Assembly (NCBI GenBank): GCA_964036045.1
Contig: OZ038378.1
Location: 187,426,001-187,490,000 of the forward strand
DNA: 64,000 nucleotides
Source: Eutreptiella sp. 'Long Island Sound 2002'
Lineage: Eukaryota > Protista > Euglenida
Direction: 5' to 3'
Of this stretch, positions 36,970 through 49,845 are shown piece by piece (the stretch's first letter is position 1; each line of letters begins with the position of its first letter). A program made the translations under genes and the position numbers. The notes beneath the pieces were generated by a model that saw only the letters and a list, made by a program, of their open reading frames with translations, searched no databases and was not told where the DNA came from.

Positions 36970-37927
36970 GTACAGTCTCCATCCTGGCGCCGGTCACCCT
37001 TTCGCCCCTGTGCCTCTGCCTCTATCCTTCCACCTAACTCACCTGTTGAGGTGCCTGGCAAAGGATCAGGGCAAGAGAGGCCAACGGAGGAATGTTACCG
37101 CACCCAACCAGTGCTATTCAAGGGGGCATCGAACCCTTCCCTGCCTTGGGGAGGCCCATACAGCAAAAATTAGGTAACCATTTGTCGTCTGCCCCCTTTG
37201 GGGAAACCAATACACCACGGGTGGTGCAGGGCAGCGTGTTATGCAGTGGAAAGCACAGCACCACAATTTATGGTCAGTGCAATGAAAATTGCTGTGCTGA
37301 AGTATTGATCCACACACTCGTGGGGACAAAACTGTGTACAAGGCACAGTGGATGTCACACTTTCTGTGCGTTTTGAAGGGATATTAAGACATTTGGTGTT
37401 GTGTTGTCTGTTGTGAAGGGGTGGTTTTGGGATTGATGAGGCTGATAGGGGGATAGGTTGCTCTGAGGCTTCTCGAGGATGAAGGCAAAATTGGGATTGA
37501 AGTTTCAGACACTTGCCCAAAAGTGGCGTGCCAGATGCTCGCCCAGCAAACGTTCCCCCACCATGACCACGCACATTAAAACTTTCTTGTTTCTGAGAAA
37601 CCTTTCCTAGTGCTGGCATGCTGCTGTCCCCCGTCGGCTGATGCCATGGCAGGATGGCAGTGCACCATTTCAGGTTTTCTTGGTGTTGTTGTCTGTTCGT
37701 TAGAGGCCCCCTTTGGGCCTGTCAGCTGCGCCATGCCTGGTACCACTGAAATTCCGTGTTCAGTTCTCCGGCAGTGGTGGGGGAGGGGGGTTGTTGACAG
37801 GGACACACCCCCACACCCTGCGGAACGGGGGCCATTTCAATGTCCTCCAGTTCTTCACAGCCCCCAGGGTGGCATGGTATGGCAGGGTGGAGTAGCAGCA
37901 TTGACGTGAGGGCACATGCACAAAGTA

Positions 37928-38313
37928 AACCCCCCCACCCTTTAAAAGCACGCAACTGAAATAAAAGCACGCAAGCCGGCGTTTATTAAATGCATCAAAA
38001 TAAAAGCACGTAGCACCATCCCAGCCTCACTGTCCCTCAAATGAAAACTTAAAGACCGTGAAATTGATTGTCAAACACATGCAATTTATCCACCTCGTTG
38101 TTTAGTTTTTCTTAAGAAAAGCAGTCATAGATAGCTGCTTAGGTGCAGCCTTTGGTTTAGGCTTTGTTGCGGCAGCAGGCCGCACCGCCTCAACCGGTGG
38201 CACAAACTGAAATGGCACCCGCAGCTTGGCATGGATGGTAGAAATAAAAGCCAGCAAAGAATAAAAGCACGCAATATAATAAAAGCACGCGCCGGCTTTT
38301 AAAGGGGGGGGTT
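37928..38313 (-). mobile_element. TA-flanked TIR element retaining an ORF 3' end
   Basis: TA|AACCCCCCCACCCTTTAAAAGC (from 37926) versus GCTTTTAAAGGGGGGGGTT|TA (to 38315). Internal AATAAAAGCACG repeats. The minus strand encodes ...KPKPKAAPKQLSMTAFLKKN-stop. Confidence 0.7.
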
Positions 38314-38533
38314 TAGCCGCGTGGGCAGAGTGGCCGCATTGAAGTGAAGGCACCTTCACAGAGTCGCCGCATTGAAGCAAGAGCACATGCAGAATCTAAC
38401 CTTTTGGAGGGGACAAACATGCATGATTCTCACATTGGTGGTGCTGCGTTTGAAGTGCCTCCTTCCCTGTTTTACATATGCTGATACCCACCCTCTGATC
38501 TCCCCACCGTGTCCCCTTCTGTCGCATTGACAG

Positions 38534-38704
38534 GATCGCCTGGCGTATCTCCTTGAAGGGGGTGCGTATGCAGCACTGCAGCCCATATTCGACCCGGCTG
38601 TATCCCCCCGCAACGTCTGTCTGGTTGCCTGCAAGAAATATGAGTCTTGGTGTGAGTTGCGGCGGCAATTGTGCAACTTTGGGCATGGGGCGTGTGAACC
38701 ATGA
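38534..38704 (+). CDS. METTL25: METTL25-family methyltransferase, exon 7 (probable last exon)
   Basis: GACAG acceptor, phase 0. DRLAYLLEG...IFDPAVSPRNVCLVACK is the conserved METTL25 C-terminal motif. Stop TGA at 38702-38704; an alternative donor lies at 38652. Confidence 0.85.
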   Translation, partial: DRLAYLLEGGAYAALQPIFDPAVSPRNVCLVACKKYESWCELRRQLCNFGHGACEP

Positions 38705-38742
38705 TGGGATGTCTTCACAGCGCGCTCACAACACTATGCCAC

Positions 38743-39900
38743 TCAGCAGCTCGACATTTTGTGCTGCAAAAGTTTGGGCCAATGATGTGCCAGAGCCAAC
38801 ATTGGGCTTGAGAACGTGCCACTGTGGCCAGAAGAGCAGGCGAAATGCACCGCAAGCCTCCAGATGTCACTCGAGGAAATGGCCATCAGCTGAGCAGCGG
38901 CAGGGGGTATTTTGCTGCCTGCAACTAAGACCAACCGGTTCTTCTCGTTGGTCCCCAGAGAGCAGGGGAGGCTGCCAGAGTGAACGGCTACAACAATTGT
39001 TGTGTGAATCGATGGGCACTCAGCGAGAGCCACACGCCAGCGGAACAGGAGGTACATTGGGCAGCACAACGATACGGGAATCACAGCGCACCAGCAGAAC
39101 GTTGCCTCGGGAAGCGAAGGGTGGGGCAAAGTGCGCATTTCGTCACGATGGATATCTGCGGCTCACTTGGAGGCGTGGACTGTTCGGACAGGCAGGGGTG
39201 CCAGCAGCGGGCACGCAACTGGCAGTAGTCTCGTCGAATGTATGTCCGCACAGATCCGGCAGCCAGAGCGCTCGCGGCAAACCTGGGTGTGCAACCCGCA
39301 CGACGGCAGCCGTGGGCAGGAGGATGCCACACTGCAACACCGCTGTGCCAGCGTTCATGCAGGACACCCTTGCGTGGCAGTCATGAAGGAGTGGCGGTCA
39401 CAGTGCCAACCTGAGCTACAAGGCACCAGGACATAATCGGTGGCCAAGCAGCGAATGCTGGATGGGCTTTTGGCGCAGGAACTCAGAAGATGAGGCCCTG
39501 CGGCCGGTGTCGAGGACGGACACAGAGCGAGCTCCCAAGCACAGGCGGCACATGGCCACGGCTGCCACCGCAGCTGTGCACAAGCGAATGGGAACCGAAG
39601 TCACCTGAGCTGCTTTCAGCAGGTTCTCGCGGAGGTGAGGGGACACATGCAGGGACCCGGTTCTGCTGGAGGCTGATGGCCATCAGCCTGGACCTCAGCA
39701 GAGCGCCTGTACTGCACACCAAACTGCTGGTGTCCCTCCGTAGCATGGGATCTCTGGAGCTTTGGCTGACGCAACCCGATGCTGTGTGGGGCAAAGGGCG
39801 GGATACATCTCCTCCTGGGGCCAATGGCACTGCGAGGCACCCGGGGGACTGGCTGTGCTGCTGGGGGAGGGGAGGATGAGCCCCTGCCATCTACTTCTGT
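38743..39900 (-). CDS. Possible unresolved multi-exon gene convergent with METTL25
   Basis: Codon-biased minus frames at 39416-39646 (LRENLLKAAQVTSVPIRLC), 39143-39367 (donor CAA|GTGAGC) and 38743-38980. I could not chain the phases unambiguously. Confidence 0.3.
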
Positions 39901-40249
39901 GTTTCTGCCTCTAGGACAACAGCACTGCAAGCGCCTGGAGGGGCGCCGTTGCCCCCTTTGGTGGGGAATCCAATGCTGAGGGTGGGGCAATTGGGTGCTT
40001 GGGTTTGGAGGAGCCACCAGCCCACAGATGATTTGTGTGGGGACTCTGGGTGTGGGTGGGTATGCGGTAATGTGCAACGCTTGGCCGATATTGTGTGCCA
40101 CCATGTGTGTATGATGGGGAGTGTGGCCCATGCAGGTAGCAGTGGAGGTTGTGTAGTGCCAGCCAGGGCTTAGCATGCAAGGTGCATGCATCTGGTTCCC
40201 TACTTTTTTTTTTACACATGTCAAATGTGTTCTAGCCTCATACTTCTCT

Positions 40250-43200
40250 GATATGATATCTATGACATAGTAAGAACACTTTTGTTGTTATGGGGAATCC
40301 CAGCACATGGAGCGATGATTGCCTGCCTTCTCAAAAGTAAAAATGGTAAATTGTTCATAGGCACCTACAGGGGTCCCTTGTGACCTGTATTTTTGGGGCA
40401 CCAACAAGTGCGGGCCCCCACACATTATGGTGGAACAATACATTCGGGATGTATACAGTTTATTGAAGCAAACCTTTGCATTGTTCTTCTTTACATGCCA
40501 CTTTTCGCCCCCTTTTGCGATGTAGATAAAGCACCCAAAGAAGAATGCTATTGTTTTCAAACACCAAGGCTTTTCTTTTCATGGTGGTTGGCACGATGAA
40601 AAGAAAAGCCGCACAAAGGCACAACATATTCATGTCAACTTTGCGTTTTACAACCTTTTCATAAGACATCATTCAACTATTTCCAAAAGTGCACATGGAT
40701 ACATTTCTTCATTGCATTCTTTCATGTACTGCATATGCATTGTGACATTGTTGTACATATGGTGTGTTGTGGATTGCTATGGATACGTTGGATTGGTCAT
40801 GGTTATATCATCTTCAATAGTTCGTTGATGATTATAGTTTGTGAACACATAAATGACTTATATGTTTTGACGTTATGATGTCATTTCACATCATATCAGT
40901 TTATGGTCTTTCGTATTGGATGTGCAATGGGATGGCGTTGATACTGGTGACCATAATTCACTTTGCCGATGGAGTCATATTGCATAATGTCTAGGGTGTC
41001 ATCATCCATTTATAACGAAATGCAATGGACATATTTAGGAGATCTTCATTTTGTTGATTTTGTTGGCACATGGTTTTGAGGCAAAAACGACAGCGGCATG
41101 GGTTTAATCAAGAGAGATAAGAATTACAACATGGTTTTCACATGTAAAGCGAGAAGTTTGGTTGTTGAAAAACAAATGCAGAAGCCCAGTTTTTTGTGAA
41201 TCGTTGCTACCTATGGATGAAAACAAAGGAGTACAATTACAACAGCATATTTCACTTTTTGGGTCACTATAAACATTTCTTGAGCACAAATAAAAACTGA
41301 TAGCAGCTTGTGACCGGAAAAAACCCTAAAACAATTTTCAACTAGTATGAACCCTACGGCAATCATCCAACCACTCCCCAAAAAGACGGATAAAAAATCT
41401 TTCAGTTTACAGAGCCGTACCGCAATGTTTTCAATGCAGTATATGGTTCGAAGTAGTCACGAAGATAAACATGTTTTGCTGAGTTTTTTATAGAGTTTTT
41501 GAAAAGAAACAAAAACATCTGTACACAATGGTGCTCACCATGGAGGTATTGTAAGTAATTCATTAGATAGTGAATTGATTACACTTAATTAATTAGGTAA
41601 TTAATGAGTTACAACGAAATAACTGAGTGATTGGACTCAACTTTGGGTAATTAATCGAATAATTAATCATTTGATGTGTAAATCATCATTTAAATTTGAA
41701 ACTTTTGTTTAACACCCGACCGACCAACCAACCGACCCCTCCGAGGCGGTTTGAAGTTCACTCGGACTCGTTTTGGCAAAACACGACCGACCGACCGTGA
41801 TAGCGGCGGACGCTGGTGATTGTAACCGCCGAACCAAATGCAAACCGCCTCACCAATACACCATGGTTCATTATTACGCGGATGGTGTAACTTTTCATTT
41901 TGGCTGTTCAACATGTCCAAAATGTTGTACTTCCGGGCTGGTCATACAATGCCATAAATGTGTGCATGTGTATGGGAGAAGGGAAAGATGAAACGAGAAA
42001 AAGGGGAGGGCAGGGGCTGAGCAAATCGGTGCGAACAACAAATCCGATGGTATAGCGGTGGTGGCAACATATCACACCACACCTGCCACTGCACATGTAT
42101 GGGGCTTTAGTTGCTGCTAGCGGTATGCCTCATTGCAGCACGTCACCACATGACGGGCCTCGCAATTGTTGCCATCACTAGTCTTGTACATGCACTTCAA
42201 GCGGTAGTCCCCCCCCCCTTTTTTTCTCCTTGTTGTCAGTAGCGATGGTCGCCATCTCGAGCAGCAGCATGAATATCATCAATATGGGTCTTGAACACGT
42301 GAGGCACTTCAGCAGCACAAATTGTATTAGTACATTGATGGCAAATAAGTGAAATGTTGGCAGTCTTGGATGCCACTATTGCTTGCTTTGCAGCTGGCAA
42401 CAATGAGACATGCACAGCGGGATTTGGGCCATGACATACGTCGCAAGACATTGCAGAACGTCTGAAAGAATAGAGGCATGCAGGTGAAGCAAGTGGCTGG
42501 GAACAATCCCCCTACCATGTCATCGCAACCCTCCAATAAGCACAATTTACCCCCCAAAAGACGTCCATTTACCCTAGACAACACACTTTACCCCTGCAAA
42601 GTCGCCAATCCCCCCCACTATGTTACAAAGTACCCCCTCACGCCAAAAACGGGAGAAATCCCTCCCCCCCTACCCGGTGGTACCAAATTACCCCTTGGGG
42701 GGTAGATGCGCCAATTTGGGAGGTCCCAACTAATGGGGCCACCACCCCAACAACACCACAGTAATTTACGGTCCACCACCCCAACATCTGCGGCTTCCAA
42801 AATGGGAATTTCTAGGCCTTGCTGTTGCTTTGGCCATGGCTTAGACCTCCCCGACCAAAAAGAAACAAATATCACTGTGCATGCTAATATGGCTGTAGCT
42901 TACACTGCCTTTAACGATGAAACATACCAATATCACTAATGCCCATGCTCATCAACATGCAAACAGATATAAATTTTCCTACACAACATCAAAAAGACAC
43001 AAACTAAAAAATTCATCGCACGGGCCTCCTGTGTCGAATTTTGATGAACCAAAAGCTAATTTTAATGGATTTTTTATGCCGTTCCAATTTTCAATGTCAA
43101 AGATGTGGTGTTGAATGCTCAGCATCGGCCACTGAAAAATCTTTGCTGGAAAATTGCTAACATGAAAATGCTGCACAAAACCGCTTTGGTTGCAATATTT

Positions 43201-44500
43201 GCCCTTAAAAATAGCTTATAAATCAGGACTTGGATCTAAAATTCGTGGCCTATGACTGTTCTCGAATTCGACAGGCTTTTTGGAGGGTGCACCAACATCG
43301 TACCGGATGCCATCGCCTGTGCTGTGAAATAGTAAATTTTTGATTACAATTGCTTTACATTTCAAGCATGCATCTTACATAGAATGTCATTCGGTACCTC
43401 ACCTTTGGTAGTGCATCTACATGGTGCATGGTGCATCCCCGGCTTATTGAAAATTAGTAGCTTATCAAAAATTAGTGGATGCTGATTGTCAAAAAATCAA
43501 GTTTGTGAAGTTGCTAGCTTTCCAAAACGGGCATAGTTCATGAAACTACAGCAACACGTTAATGAGCGCATGGAGGCGATCATTCTGAAGAGTAGTCATG
43601 GTGATTTTTGATGTATGTTTTGTTTCGTCGCGCGGCCCATATATGATAGTAGAAAGAAGAGTTTTTAGAAAAAGGCGGGTACCCATTCTCCGACTTGTAC
43701 ATCAAAAGCTCCCCAAAGGGGGGGGGGGGGTTGAACACATCAATCACACGATTGGGGCACTATACTCCACAATCGGAGATGAGTGCATCTTTATCCTCCA
43801 TACCGGACCCGGTTGAACCTCCCGGATAAATGATAGCCAAAAGCCCCCTGGGACATGGGCCGGGTTCACCTCGGTTCACAGACCTATACATAGACGAAGC
43901 GAAACAAAAAAAAATTGATCGATCACAATGCGCAACGCGAGATACTGCGTATAAAGTTGTTTTCATGCAACAAACCGAACATAATGACACATGTATGTGA
44001 TGAATTACGCAATGATCTATGGAGATATGCATGAGTGTCAACAAGCAACCAATCAACTAATATGGATGCCAATAACCAACAATCAACTAAACTAGAAAAC
44101 ATAACTCATCCTCAACAATGCATGGGTGACGAAAATGAATGGATGAATTCACATATTTCCTACTTCAAACTTGATATCAGTCACAAAATATGAATTAAGC
44201 ACCAAATGAACATTACGCACGAATAAATGCAATGACATATCATTGTCAATACATGTGACTCAACTCATTGGAACAAATGAACATGGCAACATGCCATGTC
44301 AATTAACGTTGACAAAAGTGCAACCCTTCACATAGTATTTCCAATACCAACATGTCCCAAAGCAACATTCTATGTACTGCAATAAACCAGTCCCTAAGGG
44401 GGCAGAGTAACTAGTCTATTTTCTATTCTCCCGGCTAGGGAGGAATTTCCTAAGTCCTACCCAATCCCGGGCGTAGCCTAGGAGCTCATGACTAGACTAC
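40250..44500. mobile_element. AT-rich block of decayed DNA-transposon-like sequence
   Basis: Visible drop in GC, no intact ORF, and a minus-strand fragment DYRLKCMYKTSDGNNCEARHVV near 42150-42230. Confidence 0.35.
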
Positions 44501-46234
44501 CCAAAAACCAAAAGACATAAAATTCAAAAATAAAATCCCAAAGTCCATCAAATACTAAACCTAAACCCAATCCCTACACACACGCACTACAAGTGCAAGT
44601 CAACATCTCCAGCTTCTTGAGAAGGTCCACCAAGCCGCTGTGGGGGGCCACAGTTTGTTGCTCCATGGTGGCGGGTTGTGGCCCCCACACATTAAAGATC
44701 CAAGCGGCAATACCCTCACATAACTAAAGACAAAGACAATGACACTTGCACAATCACAACCAACACATAAACATGCAACAAACAGGATGATGTACCCCCC
44801 CCCCTTGTCCTAGCTGCGCAAAAGTCCCAACTTAATACGGTCCCTACGCCTACTGTAGCTTGGACAAGGGCTTAGCTAGGACAATGGGGGGGGGGGTATA
44901 ACCTATACCTCGCCTAAACCTCACAACCAGTTCTAGACTGTGGATCTGAATGGGGAAAAGAAGTCACCCCTTGAACCTGTGCTAAAACTTCCCTTACCCC
45001 TGCATAGTGACCAACTCATGGTCAAAGGTTCAGAAACATGCAAGCAGGCAGCAAAGATAGCTCGTTCACATCTAGCTTACACCTACATGTGCTACACTCT
45101 ACACTACCACGACATACTGTATTATACTAAACTGCACCATACCGTACCATATGGCATTATAATGCATTGCAAACTGGACCTACATGAGGAAATACTTCAG
45201 AAAACTCACTCAGAGAGGAGAGTAAAAGGCATCACACCACAGCTGAAGAGCTCACATGCCTTACCAGATGTAGTAGGCTCTGACGCGCCCATCCGGGTGG
45301 ACATGCGGGATACTGATCCTGCACCCCAATAATGCCGGAGCATGATGGGAAAAACGGCTGTACCCTGTTTAGACTAAGCACGTAGAGTGCATGTGGATAT
45401 TCATAGCCATGCCTGTGGTCTATCCAGGCGGGCATGCTAAAGACCTAGGTGTTGCGGGAGGGGGGGGGGGTGACTTCCGGTTTTGGAAATTATCCACTAC
45501 TAAGGTGGGAGACCACCTGAACCTCTCCTTCAAGGCCAACTCAGTGATATTACACCTGAATGCTACAGCTCCTCATAAATTCATGTCATGGACATGTCGT
45601 TCCCGGCTGGGGCTTCCTGGGGCAAAGCGCTGGATGGGCGGATGACTGCGATGGCCCCATAATGGATGCATGCATCAGGTCGGCCTGAAATTATAACAGT
45701 CGCGACGTTGCTGCCAACTACAAGTAGCCCCACAACCCCACCCATCGAAAGACACCGAGGTGAGAAAGCAGAGCGCTGCTCGTCAGAGACCAAAAAACGG
45801 AAACAAATGTCGGTACCTGAAATAGACAGTGATGTCTCTTGGTGACTGTCACACTGTCACTGTCACTGTCACGTTCGGGTGCCCCTGACGCATTTACAGT
45901 GCGTGCACAAACAACCCATAATGATTGGACAGGCAGAATCTGCACCTGCCACATCCCCAGCCGAAGCCAATACCAACAGACGTTTGGTGGTGCACGCACG
46001 CCACAGAACGCCATGTGTATGAGTCTCTGCGCTGATTAACTCCACGCACGCGCGCACGCACACCCGCAGCAACTGCCTCATGGAAGGCTTGCGGCGTGTG
46101 CAGGCCCGTGGTGCATTGCATTGGGGGCAGCCTGTTCAAATCCTAGACCCCAACCGGGTGCGAAAACTTTTGGGGGCCTGGAGGGGGGGGGGGAGGGGGG
46201 GTAGGTGGATCGGCCGGTCAGCCGCCGTGGTCCC

Positions 46235-46949
46235 TAGGGGGAATCCTTGCACTGCGCGCGCACTGCGCGCTACTTTTAGAGTAGGTCCTCCCTAAAGAAC
46301 TCCAAGGCACACCCCTTCCAAATGCCCCCAAATTTAGGTCACCCAGACTACCCTAGCTGAAGACAAATGCAAGCTACCTTCCCCTCACATAAGACATCAT
46401 GCAAAATGCGGAAAGACACACACATATCCTCTTTTCTGTTCAATTGTCAACTAAATACAAAATCAGAATGCTTGGGAGTGGCGGCATTTGAAAGCTCACT
46501 CACCCTACCAGCTAGTGCCAAGGCCTCATATGTGTCCACCTCATCCTCAACTGGACCGGGGGGCAAAGTGGCTTGTAGGAGGGAATCCACGTCAAACTCC
46601 GGTTTCCACTTGTGGTACAATGACGCATCCTTATGAGCAGTGATGCGGCCTCGCATAGGGCATTCGACTATGGTCAGGCAAAAACCGGGGAGTCCGTCAC
46701 CCGAACTCAAGGGCCCACACCAAAGTGTGCAAGTCCGTGGTGGGGATGAGCAAAAAAGTGTGAAAAGGGGCGGAAATGGGTGAAAGTGGGTGAAAATCCA
46801 AAAATGCCATATCCCCAATGTGGAAGAAGCATCAAAACCTACGCTAGGGGCAACAATGATGCCCCTAGTATCACAAAGTATAGGTCTCCAGTACGGCTAG
46901 ACGCCCAAATAGTTGCACTGCGCCCGCACTGCGCTTAAGGGCCCCCCTA
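46235..46949 (+). mobile_element. Non-autonomous TIR element with TAGGGGG ends; same family as 2209-2913
   Basis: TAGGGGGAATCCTTGCACTGCGCG at 46235 versus GCACTGCGCTTAAGGGCCCCCCTA at the right end. Internal minus-strand ORF fragment KWKPEFDVDSLLQATLPP. Confidence 0.65.
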
Positions 46950-46954
46950 GAGGG

Positions 46955-47345
46955 GGGGTCAGTGGGTAACCCAACATACGTACCTCAAAATGATCCCCAT
47001 GACGCGCTGATCATTTTGAATATACACAACTGGGGTAAAAAATTTTTCAGAAACAATTTGCCCATTAGCTCAGGCTCCCATCAGCCAAAGGTCCAACCCG
47101 GAGGTCAGGCCAGGGGTCAAATTTTTTCTGTGTTTTTCAACCATTTTTGATTTCTCTACAAAATTCTGAGTATTTTGAGTATAGACACATAGGGTGAAAA
47201 AAAATATACCCCCTCAGGAAGGGCAAAAAAAAATTCGGCACCTTTACCCCGAAATCTCAAATTGGAGAAAGACGGGTTCGAAAACTTTGGGGGGTCTGGA
47301 GGGGGGGGGGGTCTGGAATTCGAACAGGCCGCCCCCCTTGGTGTA
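46955..47345. mobile_element. MITE-like interspersed repeat with an internal hairpin
   Basis: Non-coding and G-tract bounded. Contains the TCAAAATGATC...GATCATTTTGA hairpin (46985-47019) shared with 50642-50676. Confidence 0.55.
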
Positions 47346-48837
47346 TTCCCTAGTCGTCTTGCCACTGGTGACCCCCCTTTGGGTGCCCGTCGCCGTTCAC
47401 AACGGAGCTGCGGAAGTGCTCAGAGATGGGGCATGGATCGGGGGCGCGGGTGGGGACACAGCTATCCCCCTGCATTCAAACAAAACACAGTGCATTTCAA
47501 GGGCTCTGACGCCGGACGGCGGGCGTCGACTGTGGTCACATCATGAACCGCAGCCCGACACCCTCTGGCCGTGGGTGACACGCCGAACTATAAGCCCGTC
47601 TCTGCTAATGTCCGGTCTTCGGGGCTGTCTCAGAGGGATAAGAAACGGTGCTTGTTCGTCTCAGGCGGACTAGTCTTGAGGTGGCAGACTTGCGCGTTCA
47701 CCGACGATGATTTCGGTGGTCCATCAACGGGAATTGATGTCACTGTCCGTAGAGGACGGGACTTTGTCACGGGGGTTGGCCTTAATGAAGAAAAAAACTG
47801 AAACTGCCGGCCTCCGGTGCACACGGACCAGCTGGCGAGTAAGTGCAATCGGTGCCGTCGGTTCAGCGCCAGCCTCCGTCGGCTGAGTGTCAACCGCCAT
47901 CGGTTCACCGAATCCTGCTATCGATGGAGTCAGGCTGTCCGTCGCGAAGGGAAAAAAAGGTCATTCCAATAGGGACAGCACGAGTTTGTCACCCGCTGAG
48001 AACGTCCAAGTCAATGGCGAGGGCACGGGGATTGACGCCACGCCCACGCACCCCCACGGCCAGAAATGGCCGGCCAACTTTGCAGTGGGGCTTGGGCGTG
48101 TTCCGTGCCCTACCCCACCCCTGCGCCGTCAGTTGGGGCTGAGAGGCCCGGGCCACTGTACAGGGGAACAGATCGCCGTTTTCCCTCGACGGGGGGGGTG
48201 TTGCTATGCCGCAGCTCTATCCCTGTCCCTGTCCGACCGTTCCCGAACCCTTATCCAGCAACACTGGCCCAAATGGACAAAGCTCCAAAACAATCCTCCT
48301 TCCAATGAATGTTGGTCCCTTTATTTATTTATCGGCCTTTCCTTGTCAGTGATCCATTGCATCAAAACCTGAAGTCATGTATGCGCCCACAAAGTCGACG
48401 CAACTTCAGGGAACACCTTGGAAATACGGTACAAGGCAAAGGTAGGTCATCTGCATGTAGCGGTCAGATGCAAGCGGTCATCGCTGGAGTGGTACCCAAA
48501 TCCTGGTTATCATTGTCGTTATGGTTCATCTTCGTAATTCTGTACTTACGTACTTACTGACGAAGGCTTGCATGCTTGCTAACTAAGATGTGTTCCCAAT
48601 GGTCAGAAACACAATTGCATGCGAAACACTCTCTCGCAAAAACGGGGGGTTTGCAAGCCCTGAAAAGGACCTGCATTGAAGTTACCCCAGTAATTATATG
48701 TTTTGCCCTGGGAGGAGCCAAGGAACAGCAAGAACGACAGTCAGACAGGACGTGTGTTTCATGCGCAGTTTTGATGAATTGGGAGCAAAACAACCAAACT
48801 GAAGGGCAGGAAGCTTAACCTCTTACTTGTTTTGAAG

Positions 48838-48843
48838 CAACAA

Positions 48844-48894
<51 letters not shown>
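48838..48894. repeat. (CAA)3(CAG)15CAA trinucleotide tract, 19 units
   Basis: Read directly; no convincing surrounding CDS. Confidence 0.95.
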
Positions 48895-49211
48895 TGCCGG
48901 GGGTTGGGGGGGAGGGGGGCAGAGTTCCCTTTGCGTGTGCAGAGCAATGAGGGGTCGGGGTTTACCTGCAGGACCACACCAAGCAGTTTCGCGTCTCGGG
49001 GAAAGGGAGGTCTAAGGCAGTATCACCGATGTCCAGTGCCATGTCTTCTGTGAGTGACCTGCTTCTTGGAGGACGTCAGTTCTGGAGGGAGCGCAGGGTT
49101 TTGGGGGGCCAGGCTCAAGCTCCCTTGCCTAACACCACGAGCCTTTCCGGGGTACCTGTTGGTACAGTGCGTGCAAACACGGCCACTATTGAAGGCAAAC
49201 GTGGTATAGAT

Positions 49212-49233
49212 AAAATAGACACTCAGAAAGTGT
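49212..49233 (-). other. Genomic copy of the 5' 22 nt of the euglenid spliced leader (SL relic or SL pseudogene)
   Basis: The minus strand reads ACACTTTCTGAGTGTCTATTTT. It matches the recalled euglenid SL (E. gracilis ACTTTCTGAGTGTCTATTTTTTTTCG) but lacks the terminal TTCG|GT donor. Confidence 0.8.
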
Positions 49234-49845
49234 ACATAGGACTAGAGCTTGAGTGTATTAGCGCGGTGTAGGGCGAGGGACACGTGCGCACGGGTGGGGC
49301 CAATTTCCGCATCACCGGAAACGAGTGTTGTGCGATTCCCAGCCGTCCAGCCTGTTTCAGGGCCAACAGTAAGAGCGAGAACCCGTGAAGCAGGATGTCT
49401 GTTGGACGGTTGGCTAAGATTACAATCGGGGACCCGCACACCCGGAAGACCGAGTTGATATTTACCTCTTCACGCACTGCACATTTGTTCCATTCCAGCC
49501 CCCACCCCCGAGGCATAAGTGTCGTCGCTTGCTTCTTGATCATCGCATCACTTGCTGCATCCTGATCTCATCTGCACCGTTGTCGGGCGCCACTGCAGCT
49601 GGCCGCGTGATTTGGGGCATTTGTGGCGGCTTCGTGGCAATCTGGCGGCTGCAGCGTCCGCGTTCAAACAAAGCGACCACGTACATTTGGGTTAGACCAG
49701 AAGGGGGCTAAGGGCATGTTCCATACAACAATACGCACCGAAGGATACAAAATTGCTTGTCAAAAAGCCCATCTATTTCTATTCGCAAGATCGTCATCAT
49801 GTTCGTGTTTAGAGATTGGGCTTGGATACGCCTTTCGCAAAAAAC

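Noticed and set aside
48832-49053. PolyQ protein (or polyC on the minus strand)
   Set aside because: The ORF starts at TTG, is short, and has no convincing exon context; it is a microsatellite.
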